32,333 nt of DNA. Source: a bacterium (lineage in GTDB: Bacteria > UBA9089 > CG2-30-40-21 > SBAY01). Below, piece by piece: positions 9,506 to 18,201 of this stretch. Under the pieces are notes generated by a model. That model saw only the letters and a list, made by a program, of their open reading frames with translations, did not search any database and had not been told where the DNA came from. The translations under genes were made by a program, and so were the position numbers. Position 1 is the stretch's first letter, and every line of letters begins with the position of its first letter. The stretch covers positions 1 through 32,333 of the forward strand of contig JBFLYA010000015.1 of the NCBI GenBank assembly GCA_040757115.1. Reading direction: 5' to 3'.

Positions 9506-9759
9506 GTAACCGTTCACCGCAGAGACACAGAGACGCAGAGAAAAAATTAAAAACTATTTACCACATGCCTCATTCCATCACGGATTTTCATCAGAGCAAG
9601 CTTTTGAAAACCGACATATCATGATTGATTAACAAATTTGGTTTTGAGGTCCTATGTATTACTATGATTGCCTCAATAATCTTTTCTGTTGTCTGATTTA
9701 TTTCAATCTCTTCTCTGTTCCTCTGCGTCTCTGCGGTGAATTACTATCTGAACGGTTAC
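9506..9759. mobile_element. MITE-like element with 11-bp TIRs, perfect 8-bp TSD and 9-mer inverted repeats
   Basis: GTAACCGTTCA (9506-9516) and TGAACGGTTAC (9749-9759); GATTTTTT duplicated at 9498-9505 and 9760-9767; inner arms CACCGCAGAGACACAGAG / CTCTGCGTCTCTGCGGTG. Confidence 0.85.
9548..9707 (-). pseudogene. internally deleted GxxExxY-family gene remnant
   Basis: IEINQTTEKIIEAIIVIHRTSKPNLL resembles the family N-terminus (EINxITEKIIGAAIEVHRxLGPGLL) and IRDGMRHVVNSF* resembles its C-terminus. Confidence 0.7.
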
Positions 9760-9803
9760 GATTTTTTTAGGGTGTAGGTTTGATAACGAACTATCCCCAC
9801 TTT

Positions 9804-10355
9804 TTACATCCTCAATTCTACTATCTCATCTCCATCTTTTAAAATTACTTTATCTTCAAATACCTCATCTATCTTTACTCCCTGGATGTAATCTCCTCTT
9901 TTGAGGAAATATTGATGTGCTTTGTTTCCATCTTGAATTATTGCTGTCCCACTACTTTCATCAAACACTACTCCTATTAATCTTAAATTACCTACTCGCT
10001 TCTCTAAAGGAATTTTAAGCGGTATATCTGGTGGTGGCGATTGTGGCGGTAATTGAGGTGGTGGTGGCGGAGATATTACGGGTAAATTAGGTAATGACTG
10101 CTGAAATACTTTTTCTTTTACCTCTTCCTCCACTAAAGGAACAAATAAATATCGACTACCAATTAAATTACTATAATACGAATAGGGTTTAGAAGGAGGT
10201 AAATTTATAGCGTTTAACTTTATATCCCCTCTTTTTCTACTGATTACTAATTCTTTTTTGGGCAAAGAAAAGTAGATAATAATTCCAATACAGAGAATTA
10301 AATTTGCTAAATATAAAATTTTATTTGCAAAACTTATCTTATTTAAAGGTAACAT
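9804..10355 (-). CDS. GspC/PilP-like T2SS inner-membrane protein
   Basis: N-terminal TM, Pro-rich linker, HR-like domain LRLIGVV...AIIQD...LKRGDYIQGVKIDEVFEDKVIL. Confidence 0.7.
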   Translation of the reverse strand: MLPLNKISFANKILYLANLILCIGIIIYFSLPKKELVISRKRGDIKLNAINLPPSKPYSYYSNLIGSRYLFVPLVEEEVKEKVFQQSLPNLPVISPPPPPQLPPQSPPPDIPLKIPLEKRVGNLRLIGVVFDESSGTAIIQDGNKAHQYFLKRGDYIQGVKIDEVFEDKVILKDGDEIVELRM

Positions 10356-10359
10356 TGTG

Positions 10360-10887
10360 TTACTCCTCTAAGATTCTACTTATAACCAACTGGGCAGATA
10401 AGACACCCTTAGTTCCACTTTTTGCTTTTAGTCTTAAAGATGAAACCTTTAGAAGTTTAGATGATAATTGATAGATAAATTTTGTCAGGTGATTTATTTC
10501 CCCTTCTGCCTCAACTACGATGATAAGTCTTTTATAAAATCCCATATCCTTAACTATTCCCGGCTTAATATCTACTAAATAAAGGTTTGAAGCCTTAGAT
10601 ATAGATTCTATCACTTTTAAAGTATCCGCTAATTCCTCTTCCAGAGAACCTTTTATCTGTAATGTCCTGGAGAATTTGTTATATACCGTAGAGATTTTAT
10701 CCTTTTGGCTAATAATTCGTCTATTTTTTAAAAGTAGTATTTCCTTAGATAATACCTCGTTGTTCAATTTGGACAAAAAATTATAGCCTGGTTCAAGTAG
10801 ATAAGTATATCCTGCATAACCAAGAATGACGGCAATGGTAATCCATAATAATTTCTTTTCTCTTTTGGTAAATTGTGAAAAAGTCAT
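10360..10887 (-). CDS. GspM/PilO-like protein
   Basis: TKREK followed by TM, coiled coil and ferredoxin-like EGEINHLTKFIYQL; ATGA overlap with upstream gene. Confidence 0.75.
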   Translation of the reverse strand: MTFSQFTKREKKLLWITIAVILGYAGYTYLLEPGYNFLSKLNNEVLSKEILLLKNRRIISQKDKISTVYNKFSRTLQIKGSLEEELADTLKVIESISKASNLYLVDIKPGIVKDMGFYKRLIIVVEAEGEINHLTKFIYQLSSKLLKVSSLRLKAKSGTKGVLSAQLVISRILEE

Positions 10888-12317
10888 AATTCTTCCTTTT
10901 CCAGTGGGCAATTAATTTGAAAATCAGTTACTTCACGATTCCCTACTCTTCGTTTGGTAGCATAATTTACCTTTACATTCTTAAAATAATCTGAATCTTC
11001 CAGTGTAGAAATTAAGGAGAACACTGTTGACATATTTCTTGCCTCTCCTCTAATGATAGTCAAGGTTTCTTTTTCAAAGATAAGTTCATTTAAAGAGATA
11101 TCTATAGGAATTAATCTATAAATTTCTGCTAATATATCAAGGCTTAATTGCTGTTTACTCATCTGCTCAGAAATAGCGTCAAGTCTTTTTTTCTTTAATT
11201 CTATATCCTTAGCTAAAGGTAGATTAATCCTAATTTCTTTATCAAGATAATCTATATATTGATAAGTAGCACAGAGTTTTGTAATGGTAAGGACAGATAA
11301 ACTCAAGATTAAAAGTATTACCAATATGCCCGATAAGATAAAATTAGTATGTTTATCTTTTTTTCTTTGATTTATTCTGATGGATTCAGGTAACAGGTCA
11401 ATCCTCTTTTCTGCAGAGCCAATAACTAACCCTACTACTGTTGTTAGTTGAGGCATTTTATCTGATCTCTGACCTCTGTCTTCTGACTTCTGTCCTCTGT
11501 TTTCAGGTGGAACAATAAAACCTTTAAAAGGGGCACATATCTCCACAGGAATACCTATATCTTCCTCTAATCTTTTATTCAGTCCTTTTAAACTTGCTAC
11601 TTCACCACTAAGGACAATTTTTTGAATTTCTGCCCCTTTAATTTCTCGTTTGTATACAGTTAAAGATGTCCTTAACTCCTCGGCTATTCCTTTTAAAGGG
11701 TCTCTTCCTGGGATAGAGACACTACGGCTAAAGAGTAATCTATTTTGATTAATAAAGATAATATCCGTAGTCGCAAATCCGATATCTAATATGGCTATGG
11801 ATAGAGGAATTTCAAGTTGGGTATGCTGATAGGAATTAAAGATTGCCTCGGATGTTAAAAGAATTCGAGTAGGTTCTAATTTTATTTGTTTTAAAATCTG
11901 CAGGTGTTTGTTAACAATGTCGTTATGTGCTACCACTAACATTACTTGTGTGGAATTATCCTGTTGAGATAGGATTTGAAAATCTATGATGAGTTCTTCT
12001 AAAGGATAAGGTAAGAGTTTACCTGCTTGGAATTTAACCATTTCTGCCAGCTCTTTTTCATCTACGGAGGGTAATTCTAACCATCTGATAGTAACAAATT
12101 GCCGATTGATACAGGTATGAAGATTAACTACCCTAATCTTATTTTTCTTTATGAGCTCAGCTATAGTTTGAGATATCTTATTATCCTTTGTCTCATCCTC
12201 ATCTTGAGGTATTTGAGTAGAGCATAATTTTAATAGTTTAACCCTTCCTTTTGAGTCTTTCTTTACTTGAATTATCTTTACTGAATAATCATCAAAGTCT
12301 ATACCGGTAATAATCAT
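10884..12317 (-). CDS. PilM-PilN fusion (GspL-like) assembly protein
   Basis: Actin-like GIDF, LDIG and IVLSG motifs, then IDLLP, TM and PilN-like periplasmic domain. Confidence 0.85.
   Translation of the reverse strand: MIITGIDFDDYSVKIIQVKKDSKGRVKLLKLCSTQIPQDEDETKDNKISQTIAELIKKNKIRVVNLHTCINRQFVTIRWLELPSVDEKELAEMVKFQAGKLLPYPLEELIIDFQILSQQDNSTQVMLVVAHNDIVNKHLQILKQIKLEPTRILLTSEAIFNSYQHTQLEIPLSIAILDIGFATTDIIFINQNRLLFSRSVSIPGRDPLKGIAEELRTSLTVYKREIKGAEIQKIVLSGEVASLKGLNKRLEEDIGIPVEICAPFKGFIVPPENRGQKSEDRGQRSDKMPQLTTVVGLVIGSAEKRIDLLPESIRINQRKKDKHTNFILSGILVILLILSLSVLTITKLCATYQYIDYLDKEIRINLPLAKDIELKKKRLDAISEQMSKQQLSLDILAEIYRLIPIDISLNELIFEKETLTIIRGEARNMSTVFSLISTLEDSDYFKNVKVNYATKRRVGNREVTDFQINCPLEKEEL
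11461..11502. repeat. 6 x TCTGNYY heptamer tract, in frame within the PilM/N gene
   Basis: Encodes NRGQKSEDRGQRSD. Confidence 0.9.
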
Positions 12318-12325
12318 TGTCTAAA

Positions 12326-13222
12326 TTATTCCTCTCTCCAATATTTTATCTTGCCTGTTTCGAGGTCAATTATTGAAGTTATTTTTTTAGTTACTTTATT
12401 TACTATCCCTGTCGCACTAATTCTAAAGGTATTAGAATTAGTAGTAATTAGTTGGCTAATTGAGTTGTATTTCTCTCCTATTCCCTGGACATTCTTTATA
12501 TCCTGTGGTGTTTTAAATATGTTATCATCCTCGGTCCCTTCTTTTCCATCAAATCTTGCTCGATAATTAATAATATTTTGAGCTAATTCTTCATTTAGTA
12601 AGACAGATAATACTTCCTTAGGGGCCGTATTAATATTTATAGCCCCTTGACCATATACCGTTATCAATTGGTTAATTTTACCTTCTCCATATAGTATTTT
12701 TGAAATTACTCCTTTGACTAATAATAATTCTTCAATGGATTCAAAAGGTGCATTTTTACAATGATAATTTTTTAAAATACTCTGGTAATACTCATCCTCA
12801 GCCTCATAATCTTCTTCCTTAATATCTACATCCCTCCAGTCAATTATGCAGGAGACTATCTCTTTATTCAACTGTGGTAGCTTCTCAAGGGTTGTTCTTG
12901 TAGCATAATTCAGGTTAATTCTGCGTTCCTCATCACTTACTTGATAGATAAATCTTCCTCTGCCCAATTCTACCTCTTTTTGCCCATTCCACGGTTCATT
13001 AAGGGCATCATAATCATTTGTATCTTTTTTTAACTCTGCAATAGCATAATTAATTCCTGCCTTCGCTAAGTATAAAGCCCGTAGGGAATCAATTTGAAAT
13101 TCAGTCAATTTTATCTCTACCCTCATCCGATGAGAGAAAGAAATAGCTAATAAGGTTAAGATAGTTAATATCCACAGGGTAACAATCAATACCACTCCTT
13201 TTTCATCCTTCATTGTTTTCAT
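12326..13222 (-). CDS. gspK: T2SS minor pseudopilin GspK
   Basis: KG|VVLIVTLW, DEERRINLN, IIDWRD, KNAPFESIEELLLVKG, ININTA; start at ATGA overlap. Confidence 0.92.
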   Translation of the reverse strand: MKTMKDEKGVVLIVTLWILTILTLLAISFSHRMRVEIKLTEFQIDSLRALYLAKAGINYAIAELKKDTNDYDALNEPWNGQKEVELGRGRFIYQVSDEERRINLNYATRTTLEKLPQLNKEIVSCIIDWRDVDIKEEDYEAEDEYYQSILKNYHCKNAPFESIEELLLVKGVISKILYGEGKINQLITVYGQGAININTAPKEVLSVLLNEELAQNIINYRARFDGKEGTEDDNIFKTPQDIKNVQGIGEKYNSISQLITTNSNTFRISATGIVNKVTKKITSIIDLETGKIKYWREE

Positions 13223-13776
13223 ATCGAGCTTCCTATGGGAATCCACACCGTCGTAGTAAACATCTTTTTATCCGCATAGAGAGAGACTTTTACTGCTTTA
13301 GGTGGTTTATTCGTATTCCATGTTTCATGCCAGATGTCTTCTAAATCCAGATACTTGAATTCTACTTTATCTACAGATTCTATCATTGTCTCTTCTAAAT
13401 CTTTATTCTCTTGCCATGCAAGAAAAGTTTCTCTCTTTAAAAGTTTATTTTCATCCCATTGATAGGTTATTTTTGATAAAGTTTGTTTTTGTGTATCTAA
13501 GGCTAAAAAATTCAAATAGGTATCTTTACCTTCAAATTTCTCATTCTCTAATTTAGTTGTATTTCTAAGTGCAGTGGATATCTCATCTAAGGATAGTCTT
13601 AATTCCTGGTATAAAGATACCTTTTCATCACCCATCTTAGTTACACTAATTCCTTGACTAAATGTTGTATAGATAGCCGTGATAATAATCATAAAGATTG
13701 ATATACCAATAAGCACTTCAATCAGGGTAAATCCATTTATAAGTAAGTGATTAAATCTACTATCCCTTCTTTCCAT
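13219..13776 (-). CDS. gspJ: T2SS minor pseudopilin GspJ-like
   Basis: G|FTLIEV prepilin motif, C-terminal W..TW...PPKAVKV; gene order. Confidence 0.8.
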   Translation of the reverse strand: MERRDSRFNHLLINGFTLIEVLIGISIFMIIITAIYTTFSQGISVTKMGDEKVSLYQELRLSLDEISTALRNTTKLENEKFEGKDTYLNFLALDTQKQTLSKITYQWDENKLLKRETFLAWQENKDLEETMIESVDKVEFKYLDLEDIWHETWNTNKPPKAVKVSLYADKKMFTTTVWIPIGSSI

Positions 13777-14099
13777 TCTACTATTACCTTTACCTCTTTC
13801 AAATCTAATTCCTTTATTTTCTTAATTTCGGCTTTCCATGTAAATTCGGATTCATCTTCAAATCCTCCCTCTATCTTTCCCGAATAAAGTTCTTGTGTAG
13901 TATTTTCTAACTCACTTATCTTCTGGGCAAGTAAAAAAACCGCCTTTGTATAATTCTTAGATGCCTTTACTGCCTGCAAACTTATCATAAAAGAGCTTAA
14001 GATTAAAACTATTCCCAGACAGAGAATAGACAGGGAAAGCATCACTTCAAGAAGGATAAAACCACTGTTAGTCCATATCTTTCTTGTAAATCTTAACAT
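13737..14099 (-). CDS. gspI: T2SS minor pseudopilin GspI-like
   Basis: SG|FILLEV motif, about 120 aa, gene order; start codon uncertain. Confidence 0.75.
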   Translation of the reverse strand: MLRFTRKIWTNSGFILLEVMLSLSILCLGIVLILSSFMISLQAVKASKNYTKAVFLLAQKISELENTTQELYSGKIEGGFEDESEFTWKAEIKKIKELDLKEVKVIVEWKEGIVDLITYL

Positions 14100-14574
14100 A
14101 ATTAATCCTTGTGCCAAATGTTAAAATATACTCTCTACTCTCTTCATCTCTAAGAGTTAATACCCCTATATTAACTCTACCATCAGGATAGAAGATAATA
14201 GCATCAAGATAGCTATTCATTACAAATTCTTCTGGAAGACAATAGACTTTTCCAGACTTAACATAATAATCAGGGTAGTTAATTGGGTCTTTTTCTACAG
14301 ATAACCAGTATTTTTTACCCTGATAATCGAGATTCAGTTTATATTTAGTCCTTTCTAAGACAGCCTTTTGTCGGGCATAGGTGATAAGTGAAGCCATTTC
14401 TTTAGCCGTTAGAGAGATTTTAAGATTTTTGTATGTTCCTTTAAAAGATGGTATCGCGGTTAGTATTAGTATTCCTATCATAGATATAACTATCAATAAT
14501 TCAAGTAAAGTAAAACCTTTACTCTCTCCTATCTGTTTGTGTTTCTTCCCAGTTGCATACATCATCACCGCCAC
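14068..14574 (-). CDS. gspH: T2SS minor pseudopilin GspH/FimT-like
   Basis: KG|FTLLEL, YARQKAV, IIFYPDG; exact start uncertain. Confidence 0.8.
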   Translation of the reverse strand: MAVMMYATGKKHKQIGESKGFTLLELLIVISMIGILILTAIPSFKGTYKNLKISLTAKEMASLITYARQKAVLERTKYKLNLDYQGKKYWLSVEKDPINYPDYYVKSGKVYCLPEEFVMNSYLDAIIFYPDGRVNIGVLTLRDEESREYILTFGTRINYVKIYKKDMD

Positions 14575-14956
14575 CTTCTACACCATCCTTTCCGTAAGAA
14601 ATTAAGTCGTAATCTTCATTATGCACCCCGGGGCAGGTGTAATGGTATGGATTATTCCAGGGATCTACGGGTATTTTCTTCTTAAGATAAGTTCCTTTCC
14701 AGTTATTCGGGATAGGTGGAGTAGTAGGTTTTTGTCTCAAAGCGGATAATCCTTGCTCAGTCGTGGGGTAGGAATCATTATCTAATTCATACATATCTAA
14801 GGCAACTGAAATACTGACAATATCTGCTTTAGCTCTCGCTACCTTTGCTTGATAAGTTCTGCCAGTAAATCTGGGCAAGACCATCGCTACCAATATGCCA
14901 ATAATGATAATGACAAGCATAAGTTCGATTAAAGTAAAGCCCTTATTGTTTCTCAT
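14519..14956 (-). CDS. gspG: T2SS major pseudopilin GspG
   Basis: G|FTLIEL, YPTTEQGLSAL, WKGTYL, DPWNNPY, SYGKDGVEGG. Confidence 0.96.
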   Translation of the reverse strand: MRNNKGFTLIELMLVIIIIGILVAMVLPRFTGRTYQAKVARAKADIVSISVALDMYELDNDSYPTTEQGLSALRQKPTTPPIPNNWKGTYLKKKIPVDPWNNPYHYTCPGVHNEDYDLISYGKDGVEGGGDDVCNWEETQTDRRE

Positions 14957-14976
14957 ACCTCAGTCCTCCTATTTTT

Positions 14977-16233
14977 TTACTCTACTAAGATATTCATCTT
15001 AAAAATAGGTAATAGCATGGCAATAACAATAAATCCGACCATAAATCCCATAGCCAAAATCACTATTGGTTCTAATAATGAGGTGATTACTTTTATTGAC
15101 CTATCAAGTTCCTTTTCATAATTTGAGGCTATTTTTAATAATGCCTTTTCTAAAAAGCCACCTTCTTCGGAAATAGATACCATACTGACCATTAAAGATG
15201 AAAAAAACTCTTTGTCTATTAAACTATTCGCAAATCCCTTACCTTCATCGACTTGTTTATAAATTCTATCAATATCCTTTTTAAAAATTAAATTACCACT
15301 ATGACTACTAATTACCTTTAAAGCCTCTAATATGGACACGCCGTTTTTCAATAAAGTGCCTAAATTTAAACTGAATTTTAAAACCTCTACTTTTTTTATC
15401 ACCTCACCTATATAGGGTAATGACAACAAGAATTTATGGATAGTTAAACGACCTTTTTGAGTAGCAAGCATCCTTTTTATGGCAAAGATGACAATTATAA
15501 AAGAAGCGAATATCATCCACCAATATTTAGCCATAAAATTACTACTAAAGATTAAAATAAGGGTAGGAAATGGTAGATTTTGTCCTAAATCCTCAAACAT
15601 AGTTACTAACTTCGGGATAACAAAAGTCATCAGGAAACAAATGCTTATTATTCCTACCGCGACTAATAAACAAGGGTAAATTAATGCGGTAGATACCTTC
15701 ATCCTCAAATCTTCTATCCTTTCAAGATAATCTCCTGCCCTATCTAACACATGAGGTAACATACCTCCTGCCTCTCCAACCTTAATCATAGTTACTAAAA
15801 ATGCAGGGAATATTTTAGGGTATTTATTTAGGGCATCAGAGAATTTCATCCCTTGCTGAACATTTTTATTTACCTCCTCGATTATTATTTTAAATTGTTT
15901 ATTTTGGGTTTGTTGATATAATACGGATAAGGCTTTATTTAAAGGAAGTCCGCCTTCAAGTAAATCTGATATTTGTCTGGTAAACATAGTCACTTCCTTA
16001 TTATTTATCGGGTTAAATCGCCATAGTTCCTTCTGTTTTCTGTCCTCTGCTCTCTGCCCTCTGCCTTCTGCTCTCTGCTCTCTGCCCTCTGCCTTCTGTT
16101 CTTCCTGTATCAAAACAGGGAAATAACCCATTTTATCTAAGGTATCGACAACTATTTTTTGTGATTCAGCAACTATGTTACCTTCAAATATATTACCCGA
16201 TTTATCCTTTGCCTTATATACAAAGTTAGGCAT
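14977..16233 (-). CDS. gspF: T2SS inner-membrane platform protein GspF/PilC
   Basis: FTRQISDLL, GEAGGML, ALIYP, LLEP motifs. Confidence 0.95.
   Translation of the reverse strand: MPNFVYKAKDKSGNIFEGNIVAESQKIVVDTLDKMGYFPVLIQEEQKAEGREQRAEGRGQRAEDRKQKELWRFNPINNKEVTMFTRQISDLLEGGLPLNKALSVLYQQTQNKQFKIIIEEVNKNVQQGMKFSDALNKYPKIFPAFLVTMIKVGEAGGMLPHVLDRAGDYLERIEDLRMKVSTALIYPCLLVAVGIISICFLMTFVIPKLVTMFEDLGQNLPFPTLILIFSSNFMAKYWWMIFASFIIVIFAIKRMLATQKGRLTIHKFLLSLPYIGEVIKKVEVLKFSLNLGTLLKNGVSILEALKVISSHSGNLIFKKDIDRIYKQVDEGKGFANSLIDKEFFSSLMVSMVSISEEGGFLEKALLKIASNYEKELDRSIKVITSLLEPIVILAMGFMVGFIVIAMLLPIFKMNILVE
16032..16101. repeat. 10 x TCTGNYY heptamer tract, in frame within gspF
   Basis: Encodes EQKAEGREQRAEGRGQRAEDRKQK. 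Confidence 0.9.
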
Positions 16234-16277
16234 TCCTTCTCCTCAAATCAGAAGTCAGATTTTAAAGGTATTGTCAT

Positions 16278-16361
16278 TCTGTCCTCTGCCCTCTGCTCTC
16301 TGCTCTCTGCCCTCTGTCCTCTGTCCTCTGCCCTCTGCTCTCTGCCCTCTGACCTCTGTCC
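16278..16361. repeat. 12 x TCTGNYC heptamer tract between gspE and gspF
   Basis: Abuts the gspE stop codon; short opposite arm TCAGAAGTCAGA near 16248-16259. Confidence 0.92.
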
Positions 16362-17888
16362 TCACTGCTGTGTTATTCTTAATACCTCTAATTTATTTGT
16401 AATTCCTGCTTCTACCTTTTTCATTCCATCTTCAAGTAATGTCTTCATCCCTAATTCAACTGCCTTTTCTTTAATTTTATAAGTAGGAGATTGGTTTAAT
16501 ATTAACTCCCTTATCTCATCACTCATTAATAAAATCTCATAAACTCCTGTTCTCCCTTTATAACCTGTATATCTACACTCCTCACAGCCAAACTTCTGTC
16601 CTCTGTCTTCTGTCCTCTGCCCTCTGTCTCCTTCCTTACACCTCGGGCATATCTTCCTTACCAATCTTTGAGCAATAATCGCCTCAATAGAGGATGATAT
16701 CAAATAAGGTTCTATCTTCATATCCAGTAATCGGGCAATAGCTCCTGCGGCATCATTAGTATGTAAAGTAGAAAATACCAGATGTCCGGTCAATGCGGTT
16801 CTAATCGCCAATTCTGCTGTCTCTAAATCCCTTATTTCTCCTACCATCATTATATCCGGGTCATGTCTTAACATCGAGCGTAGTGCATTAGCAAAGGTAA
16901 AATCAATCTTTGGTAAAACTTGCATCTGGGTTATCCCTTTTATTTGATACTCAATTGGGTCTTCAATAGTGATTATATTCTTTTCAATAGAGTTGATTTT
17001 AGTCAAGCAGGCATACAAGGTAGTTGTTTTCCCGGAACCCGTTGGTCCTGTAACCAATATTATACCATGCGGCTGAGTTATTAATCGATTTATTTTTAAT
17101 AAATCCTCATCACATAACCCTAATTCTTCTAAGGTATATGGTTTTCTACTCAAAATTCTTATACTTACGCTCTCTCCAAAAGGTGTAGGAAGAACAGATA
17201 CCCGTAAATCATATTCATCTTTGCCTACCTTAATCTTTATCCTGCCATCCTGTGGAACTCTATGTTCTGCAATATTTAAATCTGCCATTACCTTTATCCT
17301 TGAGATAATTGCCTGGTGGAACTGGCTAATTTTAGCGGGTATAGGAATATTATAAAGTATGCTATCAATACGGTATCTTATGGTTAACTCTTTTTCATAA
17401 GGCTCAAAATGAATATCCGTAGCTCGGTCATTAATAGATTCTAATATAATTTCATTAACAAACTTAATTATCGATGGGTCTTTGGCATTATTACTTATAT
17501 CTTCAGATTCTTTTGTTTCGCTTGTAATTTCAAGTCTTGCTCCTTCAAAGTAGTCTCCTCTTGCCTTTATTCCTTCTATGGTTTCTGCCCCTATTCCATA
17601 GTATTTTTTAATTGCCTTCAATATATCTACTTCATTACTTAAAACAGGTTTTATTTCGTACTTTAAGAGGCGTTTTATGTCATCTAAGGTATGAATATCT
17701 GTGGGATTAGTCATAGCTACCGTGAGATAACTATCATTTAAAGATAGAGGTATAAGTTTATAATGTAAGGCAAATTTAGCGGAAACCTTCCTGATTGCCT
17801 TCGCATCTATATGAATATCCTGTAATTGCACATAAGGGATATCAGTTTCCACCAGATTCTCCTTTTCTTCTGATATAGATTGGTACAT
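16362..17888 (-). CDS. gspE: T2SS ATPase GspE/PilB
   Basis: Walker A GPTGSGKTT, TIEDPIEY, LRHDPD..MVGEIRD, STLHTND, CPRC...CEEC. Confidence 0.97.
   Translation of the reverse strand: MYQSISEEKENLVETDIPYVQLQDIHIDAKAIRKVSAKFALHYKLIPLSLNDSYLTVAMTNPTDIHTLDDIKRLLKYEIKPVLSNEVDILKAIKKYYGIGAETIEGIKARGDYFEGARLEITSETKESEDISNNAKDPSIIKFVNEIILESINDRATDIHFEPYEKELTIRYRIDSILYNIPIPAKISQFHQAIISRIKVMADLNIAEHRVPQDGRIKIKVGKDEYDLRVSVLPTPFGESVSIRILSRKPYTLEELGLCDEDLLKINRLITQPHGIILVTGPTGSGKTTTLYACLTKINSIEKNIITIEDPIEYQIKGITQMQVLPKIDFTFANALRSMLRHDPDIMMVGEIRDLETAELAIRTALTGHLVFSTLHTNDAAGAIARLLDMKIEPYLISSSIEAIIAQRLVRKICPRCKEGDRGQRTEDRGQKFGCEECRYTGYKGRTGVYEILLMSDEIRELILNQSPTYKIKEKAVELGMKTLLEDGMKKVEAGITNKLEVLRITQQ
16595..16629. 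repeat. 5 x TCTGYCY heptamer tract, in frame within gspE
   Basis: Encodes DRGQRTEDRGQK between the two CxxC motifs. Confidence 0.88.
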
Positions 17889-17919
17889 ACTATTCTCCTG
17901 TAAATAGCCGATGTCAGAC

Positions 17920-18179
17920 GTAGGGCAAGGCTTATGGTTTTTGCAAAATCAACTTCCACTTTTTTGGAATACCATAAAATAAATTAAAAATCAAACATCA
18001 AAATGTAAAATTACAAATCAAAAATCAAAATATTCTCCAGCTACTTTGTTAATTTACAAGTATTTTTGCATTTTGCATTGTAATTTTGATATTTGCATTT
18101 TGATATTTACATTAAAGTTCTTCTTGCTATCGCTCTCCCCAAAAGAGGAACCTATTTATGAAAAAGCAATTAGCCTTGC
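17920..18179. repeat. REP-like palindrome interrupted by a nested inverted-repeat module
   Basis: GTAGGGCAAGGCTT...TAGCCTTGC halves about 240 bp apart; inner AAATCAA / TTTGATA-type heptamer arms at about 17985-18110. Confidence 0.6.
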
Positions 18180-18201
18180 TGCTCAAGACTGTTCTGCTGC
18201 T

